IMG/VR virus record: IMGVR_UViG_3300028833_000071
Direction: 5' to 3' (one strand)
DNA length: 64,000 nt
Origin: a virus
Lineage: Duplodnaviria > Caudoviricetes
Below are positions 27,649 to 37,049 of this stretch, one piece after another. Both the position numbers and the translations under genes were made by a program. Within the stretch, counting starts at the first letter, position 1; each line of letters opens with the position of its first letter. Below the pieces are notes generated by a model that was not told the DNA's origin, did not search any database, and saw nothing but the letters and a program-made list of their open reading frames with translations.

Positions 27649-29208
27649 TTTATTAAAGGACATTTTATGTATTCTTTTATATTTTAAATCGGTATTTTTA
27701 GCCGAGTAATATTTATAATCAGGTGCCGTATATTTGTCAAATCTAAAGCCTAATTTAATATATAAATTGTTATTCTCATTGATAGTCCATCTTCTATCGG
27801 CAAATGATACGATTTTATATGGTTTGTATTTATTAACAAAATACTTGAAAATTTTAGAGCCAATCCCTTGGCAAACATAGTTATAGTTACTTGCAAATCT
27901 AACAAGTTCCCAATCAGGATTTTTTATGTTTCCATTTTTAAATGACATTACAGCAATTAGTTGATTATCATAAAAGGCACCGACATAAACACTTGCACTA
28001 ACAAAACCCTGAATATGATAGGTGTTTAAAAAGTTTTCAGCATCATGTTTATAAATTTCTTTTATTTCACATTTCCTTGCCATTATTTTAGGACATTCGT
28101 AATCAAGCCCCAAAATATGTGATAGTTTATGTAAAACAATTTCTTTATTATTAACATATTCATCTTCAAAAATATGAATTAACCCATAACCTTTTTGGTT
28201 ACATAATTTTGTTTTTTCAAGATGATATGCGTGATTTTTTTTCCCAAACCATTCTGTATGCCATTTTAAACCGTCAAATTCAATACCGATTTTTTTATCT
28301 TCTATTAAAATATCAATTTCTTTACCAATTAATATTTGGCGATTTGTTGTAAAATTAACATTATGGTTTAACAAAAAGTCTTGTAACTCTTTTTCATATT
28401 TAGATATGAATCTTGATTTCGGTGTCGTTAGGTTTGTTAGTTTAACAGCATCTAATATCTGTTTTAACATAGTGTTGGAAAGTATTTCTTGTTGTGGATA
28501 TTTATTCCTAAATTCTTCCATTGTCATATTATGTGATAAAATATGGCTTTGTGTTAATTTTTCATATTTATTTCCACAAATTGGGCAAATAACATAATTG
28601 CCTTCTATTTTAAGTTTTTTTTCTTTATTAATTTTTTTGTTATAGTTTTTAAAATACTCAAGGTCTTGTGGAAAATTTTCGATATGTTCTTCAATTGATA
28701 AATTATGTTTTTCTTTTAAATGTGTTTGAAAATATCCACTTTTATTGTCAATATCGCATGTTTCCCATTTACAATATGGGCATTTTTTTGTCTCTTTATC
28801 TCTTATTAAGATTATATCAAACCATTGTTCCCACCAATAATTACCTGTTTCTTGATAATATATTCGTCTATCATATAATGAAGGAATTTCAATATTCAGT
28901 GTTTTTTTAATGTATGAAGTTAAGTATCCACCATTATTTTCATAATCGTTAAATTCAGTACCATCTATTTTTGACTTTGCAATATAATGGAAACCTTCAA
29001 CAGGTTTATATTTTTTGATTTTCCAGTCATCTATCTTAAAATTTCTTTTTTTTATTGATGAGCCTTTTTTTCTTATTATAATTCCTTGTGATGTTATAAT
29101 TTTTTTTGCTTTTAGTTTCCCGATTTTATATGTTTTACAGATATAATCAAGGCCATAGCCATTTTTATAATCATTTGATAAATTATGAATGTCAATTTTT
29201 TGTTCCAT
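27526..29208 (-). CDS. Hef-like free-standing homing endonuclease (Zn fingers, Vsr-like nuclease, GNAT-like domain)
   Basis: CPYC/CPIC fingers, EIDILIEDKKIGIEFDGLKWHTE, ELVRFA, SFADRRWT; ATG 29208 preferred because the late motif lies at 29239-29247. Confidence 0.75.
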   Translation of the reverse strand: MEQKIDIHNLSNDYKNGYGLDYICKTYKIGKLKAKKIITSQGIIIRKKGSSIKKRNFKIDDWKIKKYKPVEGFHYIAKSKIDGTEFNDYENNGGYLTSYIKKTLNIEIPSLYDRRIYYQETGNYWWEQWFDIILIRDKETKKCPYCKWETCDIDNKSGYFQTHLKEKHNLSIEEHIENFPQDLEYFKNYNKKINKEKKLKIEGNYVICPICGNKYEKLTQSHILSHNMTMEEFRNKYPQQEILSNTMLKQILDAVKLTNLTTPKSRFISKYEKELQDFLLNHNVNFTTNRQILIGKEIDILIEDKKIGIEFDGLKWHTEWFGKKNHAYHLEKTKLCNQKGYGLIHIFEDEYVNNKEIVLHKLSHILGLDYECPKIMARKCEIKEIYKHDAENFLNTYHIQGFVSASVYVGAFYDNQLIAVMSFKNGNIKNPDWELVRFASNYNYVCQGIGSKIFKYFVNKYKPYKIVSFADRRWTINENNNLYIKLGFRFDKYTAPDYKYYSAKNTDLKYKRIHKMSFNKQKLHKKYGFPLTMTETEMAKELGYDRIWDCGLIKYIWCND

Positions 29209-29320
29209 TTTTAAAAATTCTTTTATTATATTATACAAATAAATAGTTTAAAAAACAATAATATTGTAAAAAAACCTTTTAATGGTACAAAAAATTAAGC
29301 CTTATAAAAAACAAAGAAAT

Positions 29321-29348
29321 AAAAAAAGGAGAGATTTCTCTCTCCTTT
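29321..29348 (-). terminator. Terminator after major capsid gene
   Basis: AAAGGAGAGA-loop-TCTCTCCTTT with 7-T tail on the minus strand. Confidence 0.8.
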
Positions 29349-29377
29349 ACAATTATTTGATACACAAGTATTTATGT

Positions 29378-31330
29378 TTAACGCATTTCTTGTGGGTCCC
29401 ATTGAGTAAGTCCATCGACCTTCACAGCACCATAAAATCTGTTGTTAACACATTTCTTCGCATATCGTGTCATTATACCTTTTACAGGTGCAAAGTTACC
29501 TGGATTGTAGATGGTTGGGGTTAATTGCATTGGGATATAAGGTGCATAGATGTAACCTGTATCCAATAATGATTTACCCTTGTGACCGATTATGATTGAC
29601 CAAGCAGGTGAATATGGGTCTCTATAGACTTGGTATCTACCGTTGATTGAACCGGTTCTTTCAATACCCATGTTGTATTGGTCGCTTTCAGGATTTGCGT
29701 CTGAAACATGGAAGTATTCCAAGTTGTCGAACAATGCTGAAATTTCTGAAGATACAACGATGAAGTTTGCACCACCTCTAAGGGTTGATTTGTGAATTTG
29801 TGCTGATACTTGATTGATTTTGGTAATCAATTCTTGGTTCCAGTCTTTTTGTGTATAGTTGGTTGAGAAACCAGCTTGTCTTCTCCAACCATTGACATCC
29901 CAACGAGCTTGCCATGGAGCGGCTTTTCTAAGGTCTCTAAGGATTTCACGGTCGATTTCAGCAGCAATTTGTTCTGATAACAATGCTGTTAATTCGGCTT
30001 CAGCGTCAATGTTGTGGAATGCGCTAACGTCTTGGGCAAGTTCAGGTGACCAAGTAGCACGAAGTTTTCTTTCTTCAACAGAAACTGTTACATCGCTAAG
30101 TTTGAATGAAACTTCACCGATTTCAGTTTCAAGTTCTAATGAGTCATATTGTGACCATGCAACATTGAATAATGTTGAAGCGGTGTTTCCTGATTCAAGC
30201 ATTCCGGCAATTATTTCAGGGTCAACGCCAATATAACCGTCAAGTGTTTGTCCTTGTTTCTTTGAAGGTTTAGCAAGGTCAAGTTCGATTAAGATTGAAC
30301 CGTCAGCTTGGCAAGGATTGCCGTATTCAACAATACCGTGGCCATATCTTTGTGATACGATTCTGAAAGGAATACCTTCGTTTTCAACGAATGTAGCATA
30401 ATCATTGGCATCATCGGATTTAATGTCTTTGGTTGCAAAAACTTTTAATGAAGCTAAGAAAGCCTCGGTGTCCATTTCGTTTCCATCAGGACCTGTTAAT
30501 TTACCTGCGTTCCAGTTCGAGAAGCCTTTAACTTTAAGCATAAGATTTCTAACTGAACCGTCAGCATATTTTTGAATTGTATCTTCGGTAAGAGGTTCAA
30601 CTTCGAATCTGTTAAGGATAACAGGTGCTACATCACCAGAAACTCTGATACGGATTTTACCTTTTGAGTTGTCATACAAAAAGTCATTGTAGAACAAATC
30701 ATAAAGAGTTCTCTTATTGTATTTTGTTACATTTGGTGAAAGTTGTCTTATAATAGCACCTTCGCCGGCTTCTGCAACAACTTCATCATAAGTAGTACCG
30801 GAAGCGGGAGTCCAAGATTTACCGTCAGTAGTATATTCAAATGTCATTGCATTAACTACTTCATCAGGAAGATAGAAACGGTTGTATGTGCTGCCATTTC
30901 TTCTGTCTGTTCTTTCGTAGCCCATAAGACCTTTATGACGACCGACTGAACCATCTTTAATTTTGTCATTTTCGTCTAAATAATCCCATTCTCTTTCGCT
31001 TGTTACAGGAAGCATGAAGAACAATTTACCAACAGGTAAGTTCATTGCTTGAACTGAAACAATGTCGTTTGCAAGGAGTTTGCTGAAAACTCTTCTTACG
31101 ATAGGGAATACAACAGTTTCGAATGAACCGCTATTGTCTGAAGCAGTTGCCTCTGAAAGGAGGGCTTTAGCCTCGTTTTCATACAATGTAGCGACATTCT
31201 CTTTAACTATACCCTTAAGACCGTCAACCATACCAAGTGATGACCAACGGTTGGTGATTTCTTGTCTGATTCTTTTCTGCTCGTTGAGTTCTATATTACC
31301 AACTAAGCCAGAAGCTAAAAATTCTCTCAT
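29378..31330 (-). CDS. Major capsid protein (T4 gp23-like)
   Basis: PIVRRVF..LLANDIVSVQAM..P.G.LF, RKLRATWSPELAQD..AFH.IDAEAEL..LLSEQIAAEIDREI, GYIYAPYIP, P.KGIMTRYA. Confidence 0.97.
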   Translation of the reverse strand: MREFLASGLVGNIELNEQKRIRQEITNRWSSLGMVDGLKGIVKENVATLYENEAKALLSEATASDNSGSFETVVFPIVRRVFSKLLANDIVSVQAMNLPVGKLFFMLPVTSEREWDYLDENDKIKDGSVGRHKGLMGYERTDRRNGSTYNRFYLPDEVVNAMTFEYTTDGKSWTPASGTTYDEVVAEAGEGAIIRQLSPNVTKYNKRTLYDLFYNDFLYDNSKGKIRIRVSGDVAPVILNRFEVEPLTEDTIQKYADGSVRNLMLKVKGFSNWNAGKLTGPDGNEMDTEAFLASLKVFATKDIKSDDANDYATFVENEGIPFRIVSQRYGHGIVEYGNPCQADGSILIELDLAKPSKKQGQTLDGYIGVDPEIIAGMLESGNTASTLFNVAWSQYDSLELETEIGEVSFKLSDVTVSVEERKLRATWSPELAQDVSAFHNIDAEAELTALLSEQIAAEIDREILRDLRKAAPWQARWDVNGWRRQAGFSTNYTQKDWNQELITKINQVSAQIHKSTLRGGANFIVVSSEISALFDNLEYFHVSDANPESDQYNMGIERTGSINGRYQVYRDPYSPAWSIIIGHKGKSLLDTGYIYAPYIPMQLTPTIYNPGNFAPVKGIMTRYAKKCVNNRFYGAVKVDGLTQWDPQEMR

Positions 31331-31369
31331 TTTTTTATTCTTTTTTTCTTTTATTCTTATTTTTATTTA

Positions 31370-31378
31370 ATAAATAGT
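31370..31378 (-). promoter_or_regulatory. Putative late promoter motif (ACTATTTAT in gene sense) for the capsid gene
   Basis: About 40 bp upstream of capsid ATG. Confidence 0.75.
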
Positions 31379-31379
31379 A

Positions 31380-33101
31380 TTAACAACTCAAAACTCTGCC
31401 CATAAGGTCAATTGTTTTTAACAAATCATTGGATTTATAGATTTTTTGTTCATTTAAATCCTTTGTGCCATTGGCTGTTGTTGAACTTTCGTTGAGATTG
31501 ATTTGCTGATTTTTCTTCAATTGTTTGTTTATTGACTCATAAAGAGCGGCTGATTGTTCTACTGTTTTTGCCTCATTTGAGAAACGGTTGACAATATCAA
31601 TTTTTTCTTCTTTTGAGGTTGTGTTTTCAAGGAACAATTTTGTTATTTTTCCAAGGTTGACATTTGTAATGTAAGCTTCATTTAAGTTTTTGCGGAGTTC
31701 CATTATGGCTTTTTTAAGTTCTTTGTTTTCGTTTTTAATGGTTTTTAACTCCTTGCTTTCATTAACTGATTTTTCTGCTTCATAACCATCTTCGGCTGTT
31801 GAAACTTTTTTAGTTACATTAGGTAGATAATTTTTTCTTCCATTTGAAGGTTTTGTTTTTACACTATGTCTTGCGTTTTGTGTTGAATTTGACATTGCTT
31901 CTTCCACAGGGACTTCATTAGCACCCATATCGGCCATGTCTTCTTCATTTACACTACCTTGTACTTTTTGTGTGTGTTTAAATGGGTCGCCTTTTGATTT
32001 TGAATCACCGGCCCATGGTTTTTTTGTTCCTGTTGGAACACCTTTGTGCCAAGATTTACCGCTTTTAGAAGGTTCATCGTTAGAAAGTCCTGCTATCGGG
32101 TCTTTATCTTGGTAATTGTCTGTATATCCAAGGTCTACCTCGAATAACACTTCTTTACTTTCTTTCATTGGCTTTCTTGTTTTTTTATTATTTCTTATTT
32201 TGCCTTCCATTAATTCGTCTTCATCTTCAAAAGGTTGATAGGTGTCTTCTAAATCCTCGTCAGACAAGTCTTCATCAGGTCCACCTAATTCGTCAACAAA
32301 GGCATCGTTTTCCCATCCGATATAATCACCATATTCGGTATCGTCAAGATAATCATTGTTATCAAATTCACCGAACTCGTTTTCATCTGAGTCTTCAGGG
32401 AAACCCGCCATTTCGTCATCGTCTTCAACTTCAAAGATTGATTCATTTAAATCTTCGGGCATTTCCTCACCGTCCATTGGTTCAGATGCTACTTCAGGCT
32501 CTTCACCTTCGTCACCTAAATCAATTACATATTCAGTGCCGGCATTATTGTCTTGAAGATTGATTGTGTTGCCTTCTTTTCTGATAACAACTTGGTCATC
32601 ATCGTTCAAGAGTTTGTAAACCTTTACTACTGTGTCGTAGTCATTCTCACCCGTGAGGTCGTATGTATTACTGTTACCTACTTGATAATCTGAAAAATCT
32701 TCCCAACCTTCTTCACCATTACCATCTTGAGCGTTCATTTCGCCATTATCTGGTACTTGCTCGGCTCCTTGTCCTTGTACTCCACCCATTTCAGGTTCTG
32801 CTGTCTGTGGTTGATTCATTGCTTCATTACCACTTTCGTCATTACCATCCATATTGGGGTTTCCAACTTCATTTTCTGATTTCTTTGAGTTCTTTTTCTT
32901 TTTACCTGAGGCTTTTTCATCTTCGTCTTGGATTTCGTAATCATCCTCATCTTCTTCATTGCAACTTTCTCTTAATGCATTCTTAACGGCTTCAGATAAA
33001 AGAGTTGATATGGAATTTTTACTTTCCTCTTTTAATGCAGCAGTTATTGCGTCCATTTCTAAAAGTGCTTGAGAAGCTATGTTTTTATTCTTAGTGCTCA
33101 T
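31380..33101 (-). CDS. Prohead scaffold/core protein (T4 gp22-like)
   Basis: Very acidic with coiled-coil C-terminus (LNEAYITNVNLG..TKLF.E) and many [LIV]xE sites; lies between protease and capsid genes. Confidence 0.75.
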   Translation of the reverse strand: MSTKNKNIASQALLEMDAITAALKEESKNSISTLLSEAVKNALRESCNEEDEDDYEIQDEDEKASGKKKKNSKKSENEVGNPNMDGNDESGNEAMNQPQTAEPEMGGVQGQGAEQVPDNGEMNAQDGNGEEGWEDFSDYQVGNSNTYDLTGENDYDTVVKVYKLLNDDDQVVIRKEGNTINLQDNNAGTEYVIDLGDEGEEPEVASEPMDGEEMPEDLNESIFEVEDDDEMAGFPEDSDENEFGEFDNNDYLDDTEYGDYIGWENDAFVDELGGPDEDLSDEDLEDTYQPFEDEDELMEGKIRNNKKTRKPMKESKEVLFEVDLGYTDNYQDKDPIAGLSNDEPSKSGKSWHKGVPTGTKKPWAGDSKSKGDPFKHTQKVQGSVNEEDMADMGANEVPVEEAMSNSTQNARHSVKTKPSNGRKNYLPNVTKKVSTAEDGYEAEKSVNESKELKTIKNENKELKKAIMELRKNLNEAYITNVNLGKITKLFLENTTSKEEKIDIVNRFSNEAKTVEQSAALYESINKQLKKNQQINLNESSTTANGTKDLNEQKIYKSNDLLKTIDLMGRVLSC

Positions 33102-33193
33102 TTAATCAGCAATTTTAATTATTATTTTTAAAAATAAATAGTATATATTTTGAAAAAAGTTAAATAAAGATAATAATTTTATTGATTATTTCC

Positions 33194-33910
33194 TTATTTT
33201 ATTAGCCATTTATCAAAAATTTCGAGTTTTTCTATAATTTGGTTCTTATTTTCTTTTGAAGTGTTGTTTTCAACATATTGTTGCGGAATTTTATCTTCTG
33301 GTGTTATCCATGCATTGGGGGTCGATGGGTCTGATACTACATCCCAACAAACAATTTCATAGTCATCTGAAACATATAAAACACCCATTTTATTGGTTAC
33401 AGTTCCAAGACCTCTTGAAGAAACACCGACTTTAATACCTTGCAAAATGAGATTTGCCACTTGGTCGCCTTGACAAGTAATCATACCATATTTCCTAAAT
33501 CCTGGGCTTGTTATGATTTCAAGTTTTCCTACTAATGTATGACCTTCCCAATGTAATTCTATTATATTAATTGCAACTCTTGATAGGTCTATTACGGATT
33601 CGCTTGGGTGATTACATTCACCTATAGCTCTTTTTTCCACAATTTTTTCCATGTATTTTTGTACCTCACGTTTTAATACATCTTCAGGATATATTCTTCC
33701 GTTTGCGTTTTCTATACCGAATTTTTGGAATACGGCTGAAACAACTAACGGGTATGGGCAATGAAAATCATCATTAATTTTACCTGTACTTATATCTTCA
33801 AAAAGTTTTTTATTTTCTCCTATTTCAGGGGAAATATAGCCATCGTGTTCGATAAGTAAACCAGTACCTGTTTCACCTTTTTTAATTTCAACTAAAGTAT
33901 TTTTTTCCAT
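33194..33910 (-). CDS. Prohead protease (T4 gp21-like)
   Basis: NANGRIYP, AIGECNHP, VGVSSRGLG (catalytic Ser), WDVVSDPSTPNA. Confidence 0.93.
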   Translation of the reverse strand: MEKNTLVEIKKGETGTGLLIEHDGYISPEIGENKKLFEDISTGKINDDFHCPYPLVVSAVFQKFGIENANGRIYPEDVLKREVQKYMEKIVEKRAIGECNHPSESVIDLSRVAINIIELHWEGHTLVGKLEIITSPGFRKYGMITCQGDQVANLILQGIKVGVSSRGLGTVTNKMGVLYVSDDYEIVCWDVVSDPSTPNAWITPEDKIPQQYVENNTSKENKNQIIEKLEIFDKWLIK

Positions 33911-33925
33911 TTTAATATAAATTGG

Positions 33926-35704
33926 TTATAATTCGTCTTCATTAATGAATTCGTCAATTATTATTGATTTATCTAATTTCATTTTATTCATTTTATCTGT
34001 GAATTTGTCGTATTCAATATCTTTTTTGGACTTTGAACATATTTTTGCCATTATTTGTTTTCCTTTTTTAGTTTTTGCCAAAACTTCTTTCATCAAGAAA
34101 TTAAATTTATCAACATCGAGGCAAGATATTCTTTTTAATAAATAGGGCAAATCTGTTAAAGTTATGTCGTTAAATGATTTTGAAACAATTTCCCATAATA
34201 TCGGACCCAATCTCATATCCCATGGTTCGGCTTTAATGAAATCAGATTTACCTATTACAATTTCAGCCAATTTTCTGTTATCAGGTAATCCATGTGATAT
34301 AAACAATTGCATAAGTCCGTTTAATGTCTCACTAAGCAATACAGGGAATATTTCCCCTTGTGCCGTTATTCTTACTTGTCTATCAGGGCCTCCTAACTCA
34401 ACATTTACAGTACCTATTAATTTATTGTCTTTATCATTGATACCAATGTCTTCTTTTGTGAAAAGCAAATAATTGTTAAGGGCAATAATCTTTTTATATA
34501 AGTCGCATAATTCAGGCGACAATTTATAAATACTGTCAAAATAAGAGTCAATATCGGAAGATAATATAATAGATTCACCCATACATAAGGCATTTAACAA
34601 TCTTCGTTTATATACTTCACCATATATGTTTGAAGCCATTTCAATATCGTCAAATTGGAAATCATCGTCGCCGTCAATAGGGTCTATAATTATTGATTTT
34701 GCAGCTAAATCAATTTTATCGGCTAATGAAACATTTATTTGGACCGAATCTTCTGGAATGTTGAATGTGTCAATAACATAATTAAGGCATAAATTTTCAA
34801 GTTCATTTCTGAAAGGTCTTTCTATTTTTTTGCACTTGTTGATTAGTTTTGATAACATGGTATCAATTTTGGTGTCTTCAAAATCATCAATTTTGCCAAT
34901 TTCAGAAAGTGTTTCTTTAATGCTATTAAGCCTGTTATTTGTGATTTTCAATAAAAATGGCACATCAAATATGTCGGGTATTGCGGGATTGTTACCCAAA
35001 GAAGTTGTATGATTGAGCAATGACATTTTAATATCATCGGGCAAATCGTTTATAAGGATATTTTCGTTTAACATTTTTTTGCTTGTTTTTTTATTCTCGT
35101 CTGATTGATATCTTAATAATTTATATGGTAGGTAACCACCATATTCAGCATATTTATCAGAATCTATGGAAGCATTTTTCTTTTTTTCCTGTATTCTATA
35201 AGCATTAGCAACATCGTCAAGTGATGACATTCCTTTTGAAATATATTCCTGCACAGGGATTGAATAAATATAGAAACCGTCATTACTACCGAATGGTGAC
35301 CATTTTCTTAGTGTTTCATTCATAGTTCCTTCAAACAGTAATTTAATGCCGTTTATTTTCAATAGTTGAATCATTTTTTCAAATACTTGATTCGACATAT
35401 ATGTTCTTGGGGCATCTTCGGCCCATACTGTCATAAGTACATCTCCATCAGCGAACCAAATTCTGCCACATAATGTATCACTGCGTTTTGAAGGTATCTT
35501 AAAATCATAAAACATTTCGTTATGCGCTTGTCCACCTTTTCCTGTAATAACTTTTTCTTCTCCATATTCGTCAAAATAGCAAACAAAAGGATATGAATTG
35601 GGATTTTCATAATCCATTTCTATATTCCAAAACGGTAGTGACAAGTCATCACATACAGCGATAAATTTTCCGTTATAATCTTTCGAATAAAATCTTTCAA
35701 TCAT
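33926..35704 (-). CDS. Putative head protein; probable fusion of a variable N-terminal domain to a core domain
   Basis: ATG 35704 follows the late motif at 35724-35732; junction-like linker SDENKKTSKKMLNE near residue 205. Confidence 0.6.
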   Translation of the reverse strand: MIERFYSKDYNGKFIAVCDDLSLPFWNIEMDYENPNSYPFVCYFDEYGEEKVITGKGGQAHNEMFYDFKIPSKRSDTLCGRIWFADGDVLMTVWAEDAPRTYMSNQVFEKMIQLLKINGIKLLFEGTMNETLRKWSPFGSNDGFYIYSIPVQEYISKGMSSLDDVANAYRIQEKKKNASIDSDKYAEYGGYLPYKLLRYQSDENKKTSKKMLNENILINDLPDDIKMSLLNHTTSLGNNPAIPDIFDVPFLLKITNNRLNSIKETLSEIGKIDDFEDTKIDTMLSKLINKCKKIERPFRNELENLCLNYVIDTFNIPEDSVQINVSLADKIDLAAKSIIIDPIDGDDDFQFDDIEMASNIYGEVYKRRLLNALCMGESIILSSDIDSYFDSIYKLSPELCDLYKKIIALNNYLLFTKEDIGINDKDNKLIGTVNVELGGPDRQVRITAQGEIFPVLLSETLNGLMQLFISHGLPDNRKLAEIVIGKSDFIKAEPWDMRLGPILWEIVSKSFNDITLTDLPYLLKRISCLDVDKFNFLMKEVLAKTKKGKQIMAKICSKSKKDIEYDKFTDKMNKMKLDKSIIIDEFINEDEL

Positions 35705-35723
35705 TTTAAATTGTATATCAATA

Positions 35724-35796
35724 ATAAATAGTTTGATATTCAATAAAAAAAGCACATCTTTTAGATGTGCCTTGTGTTAAATGGTATATAATTGCC
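35724..35796 (-). mobile_element. IS1595-like right end (late motif, hairpin, TIR), no transposase
   Basis: Reverse complement of 35772-35796 is GGCAATTATATACCATTTAACACAA, 24/25 identical to 25554-25578; same promoter-hairpin-TIR order as the intact IS right end. Confidence 0.75.
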
Positions 35797-35814
35797 AAAA
35801 AAAACAATAGTTGG

Positions 35815-36444
35815 CTATTTTTCTAATGGTTTCCAATTTCTTTTTGCCATTTTTGCAAAATTTGCCCTTTTTCTTGTTAAAGGATTTTTTGAATGGGTTA
35901 ATTCTTCTGTTGATTTTCCTGTCCTTTTCTTTGTTGCATTGAATTTGCCTTTATTTTTGGGGTCAATTTCAATTTTGTTTTCTTCTTCATTGAAATTTTC
36001 TTGTAATTCCTTTTTTGTCATTTTATGACTTTCATGGATTTTTTTAAGACGGGCTTCTTCTATTTGGCGCTTTGAAAAACATTTATGTTCAGATATGCCA
36101 TCACCTGATACATCAATATCACCAGGAACATCAGGATTAACTTGTTGTTGTATGGCCTGTTGTATGTTCTCCCCTCTTCCAACATTTACATGTTGTGTCG
36201 GGGCTGAATCATTTGACCCGTTGGCATTTTGGTTTGAAATATGTAAATCAACATCACCGTATTTGCTTGCACTGTTAATTTCGGGTTGATTTTGTGTAAC
36301 AGCGTTTGTTATAGCAGGAATCGTGTTACCGGTTGTATTTATTTGGACGGTTGTGGTTGTTTCTTTTAAAACCTCATTCAACTGTTCTCTTGTCAATATA
36401 ATTCTTTTAATATTATTTTTTCCCATATCAAGTAGTTTTTCCAA
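35815..36444 (-). CDS. Putative internal head protein with leader and basic C-terminal motif
   Basis: IILTREQLNEVLKE leader; C-terminus IDPKNKGKF...RKRANFAKMAKRNWK; likely ATG at 36426. Confidence 0.65.
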   Translation of the reverse strand: MEKLLDMGKNNIKRIILTREQLNEVLKETTTTVQINTTGNTIPAITNAVTQNQPEINSASKYGDVDLHISNQNANGSNDSAPTQHVNVGRGENIQQAIQQQVNPDVPGDIDVSGDGISEHKCFSKRQIEEARLKKIHESHKMTKKELQENFNEEENKIEIDPKNKGKFNATKKRTGKSTEELTHSKNPLTRKRANFAKMAKRNWKPLEK

Positions 36445-36453
36445 TATTCTTTA

Positions 36454-37049
36454 TTAATTCATAAATTTAGGGTTGCTAAATGGTGAATTATTTGTTTTTG
36501 ATTGTTTTTTTGGTAATTCTTTTCTGTTATTTTTATTCATTAATTCATCTTGTGTTGGCCCGAAATTTTCTTGAATTTTATTTATTTGTTTTTTTGTAAA
36601 GATAACTTGTTCCATCATGGGTTGCTCTTCTCCACCATTTTGTTGAGTTTCGTCTCTGCTTAACATACTTTCAGCATATGACCTTACAGCCTCTTTATCT
36701 TTGTCTGATAGTTTGTTAATTATTGATAATGTGTCGTCACCACCACCCATATTGGGGTCTTCATCACCCATAGGGCCACCTATATTGGGGTCTTCGCCGC
36801 CCATTGGCCCACCTGCATTTGGGTCATTACCCATATCACCCATAGGGCCACCCATATTAGGGTCTTCACCGCCCATTGGCCCGCCTGCATTTGGGTCATT
36901 ATCCGTTGGCATATTCATATTAGGGTCTTGAGACAAAGAAGCATCATCTACTGACGGTTCTTGCATATTATTTGCCGTAGATGATGCTTTATTTAATTTC
37001 AAAAAGGTTTTTTCGCTTAATGAATTTTCATTCAGTCCACTTTTTTTTT
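36454..37049 (-). CDS. Gly/Pro/Met-repeat head protein, probably expressed as a -1 frameshift extension of 37032-38714
   Basis: Frame is open from the A9 run at 37041-37049 (KKSGLNENSLSEKTFLKLNK...) with no ATG until NNMQEP. Confidence 0.6.
36744..36927. repeat. Coding tandem repeat (DPN[AMI]GGPMG units, 72-bp period)
   Basis: 36769-36829 is nearly identical to 36841-36901. Confidence 0.85.

Noticed and set aside
22127-31330. Inteins or introns in terminase or capsid genes
   Set aside because: Both ORFs are continuous and lack intein C...HN-C/S/T or LAGLIDADG motifs; the extra capsid length looks like an insertion domain.
25546-35804. Calling the 10.2-kb TIR-bounded block a proven composite transposon
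   Set aside because: No target-site duplication and no transposase inside; kept only as a hypothesis in the findings.
36744-36927. Tandem repeat as CRISPR-like or origin iterons
   Set aside because: Period is a multiple of 3, variation is mostly synonymous, and it encodes a Gly/Pro/Met linker.
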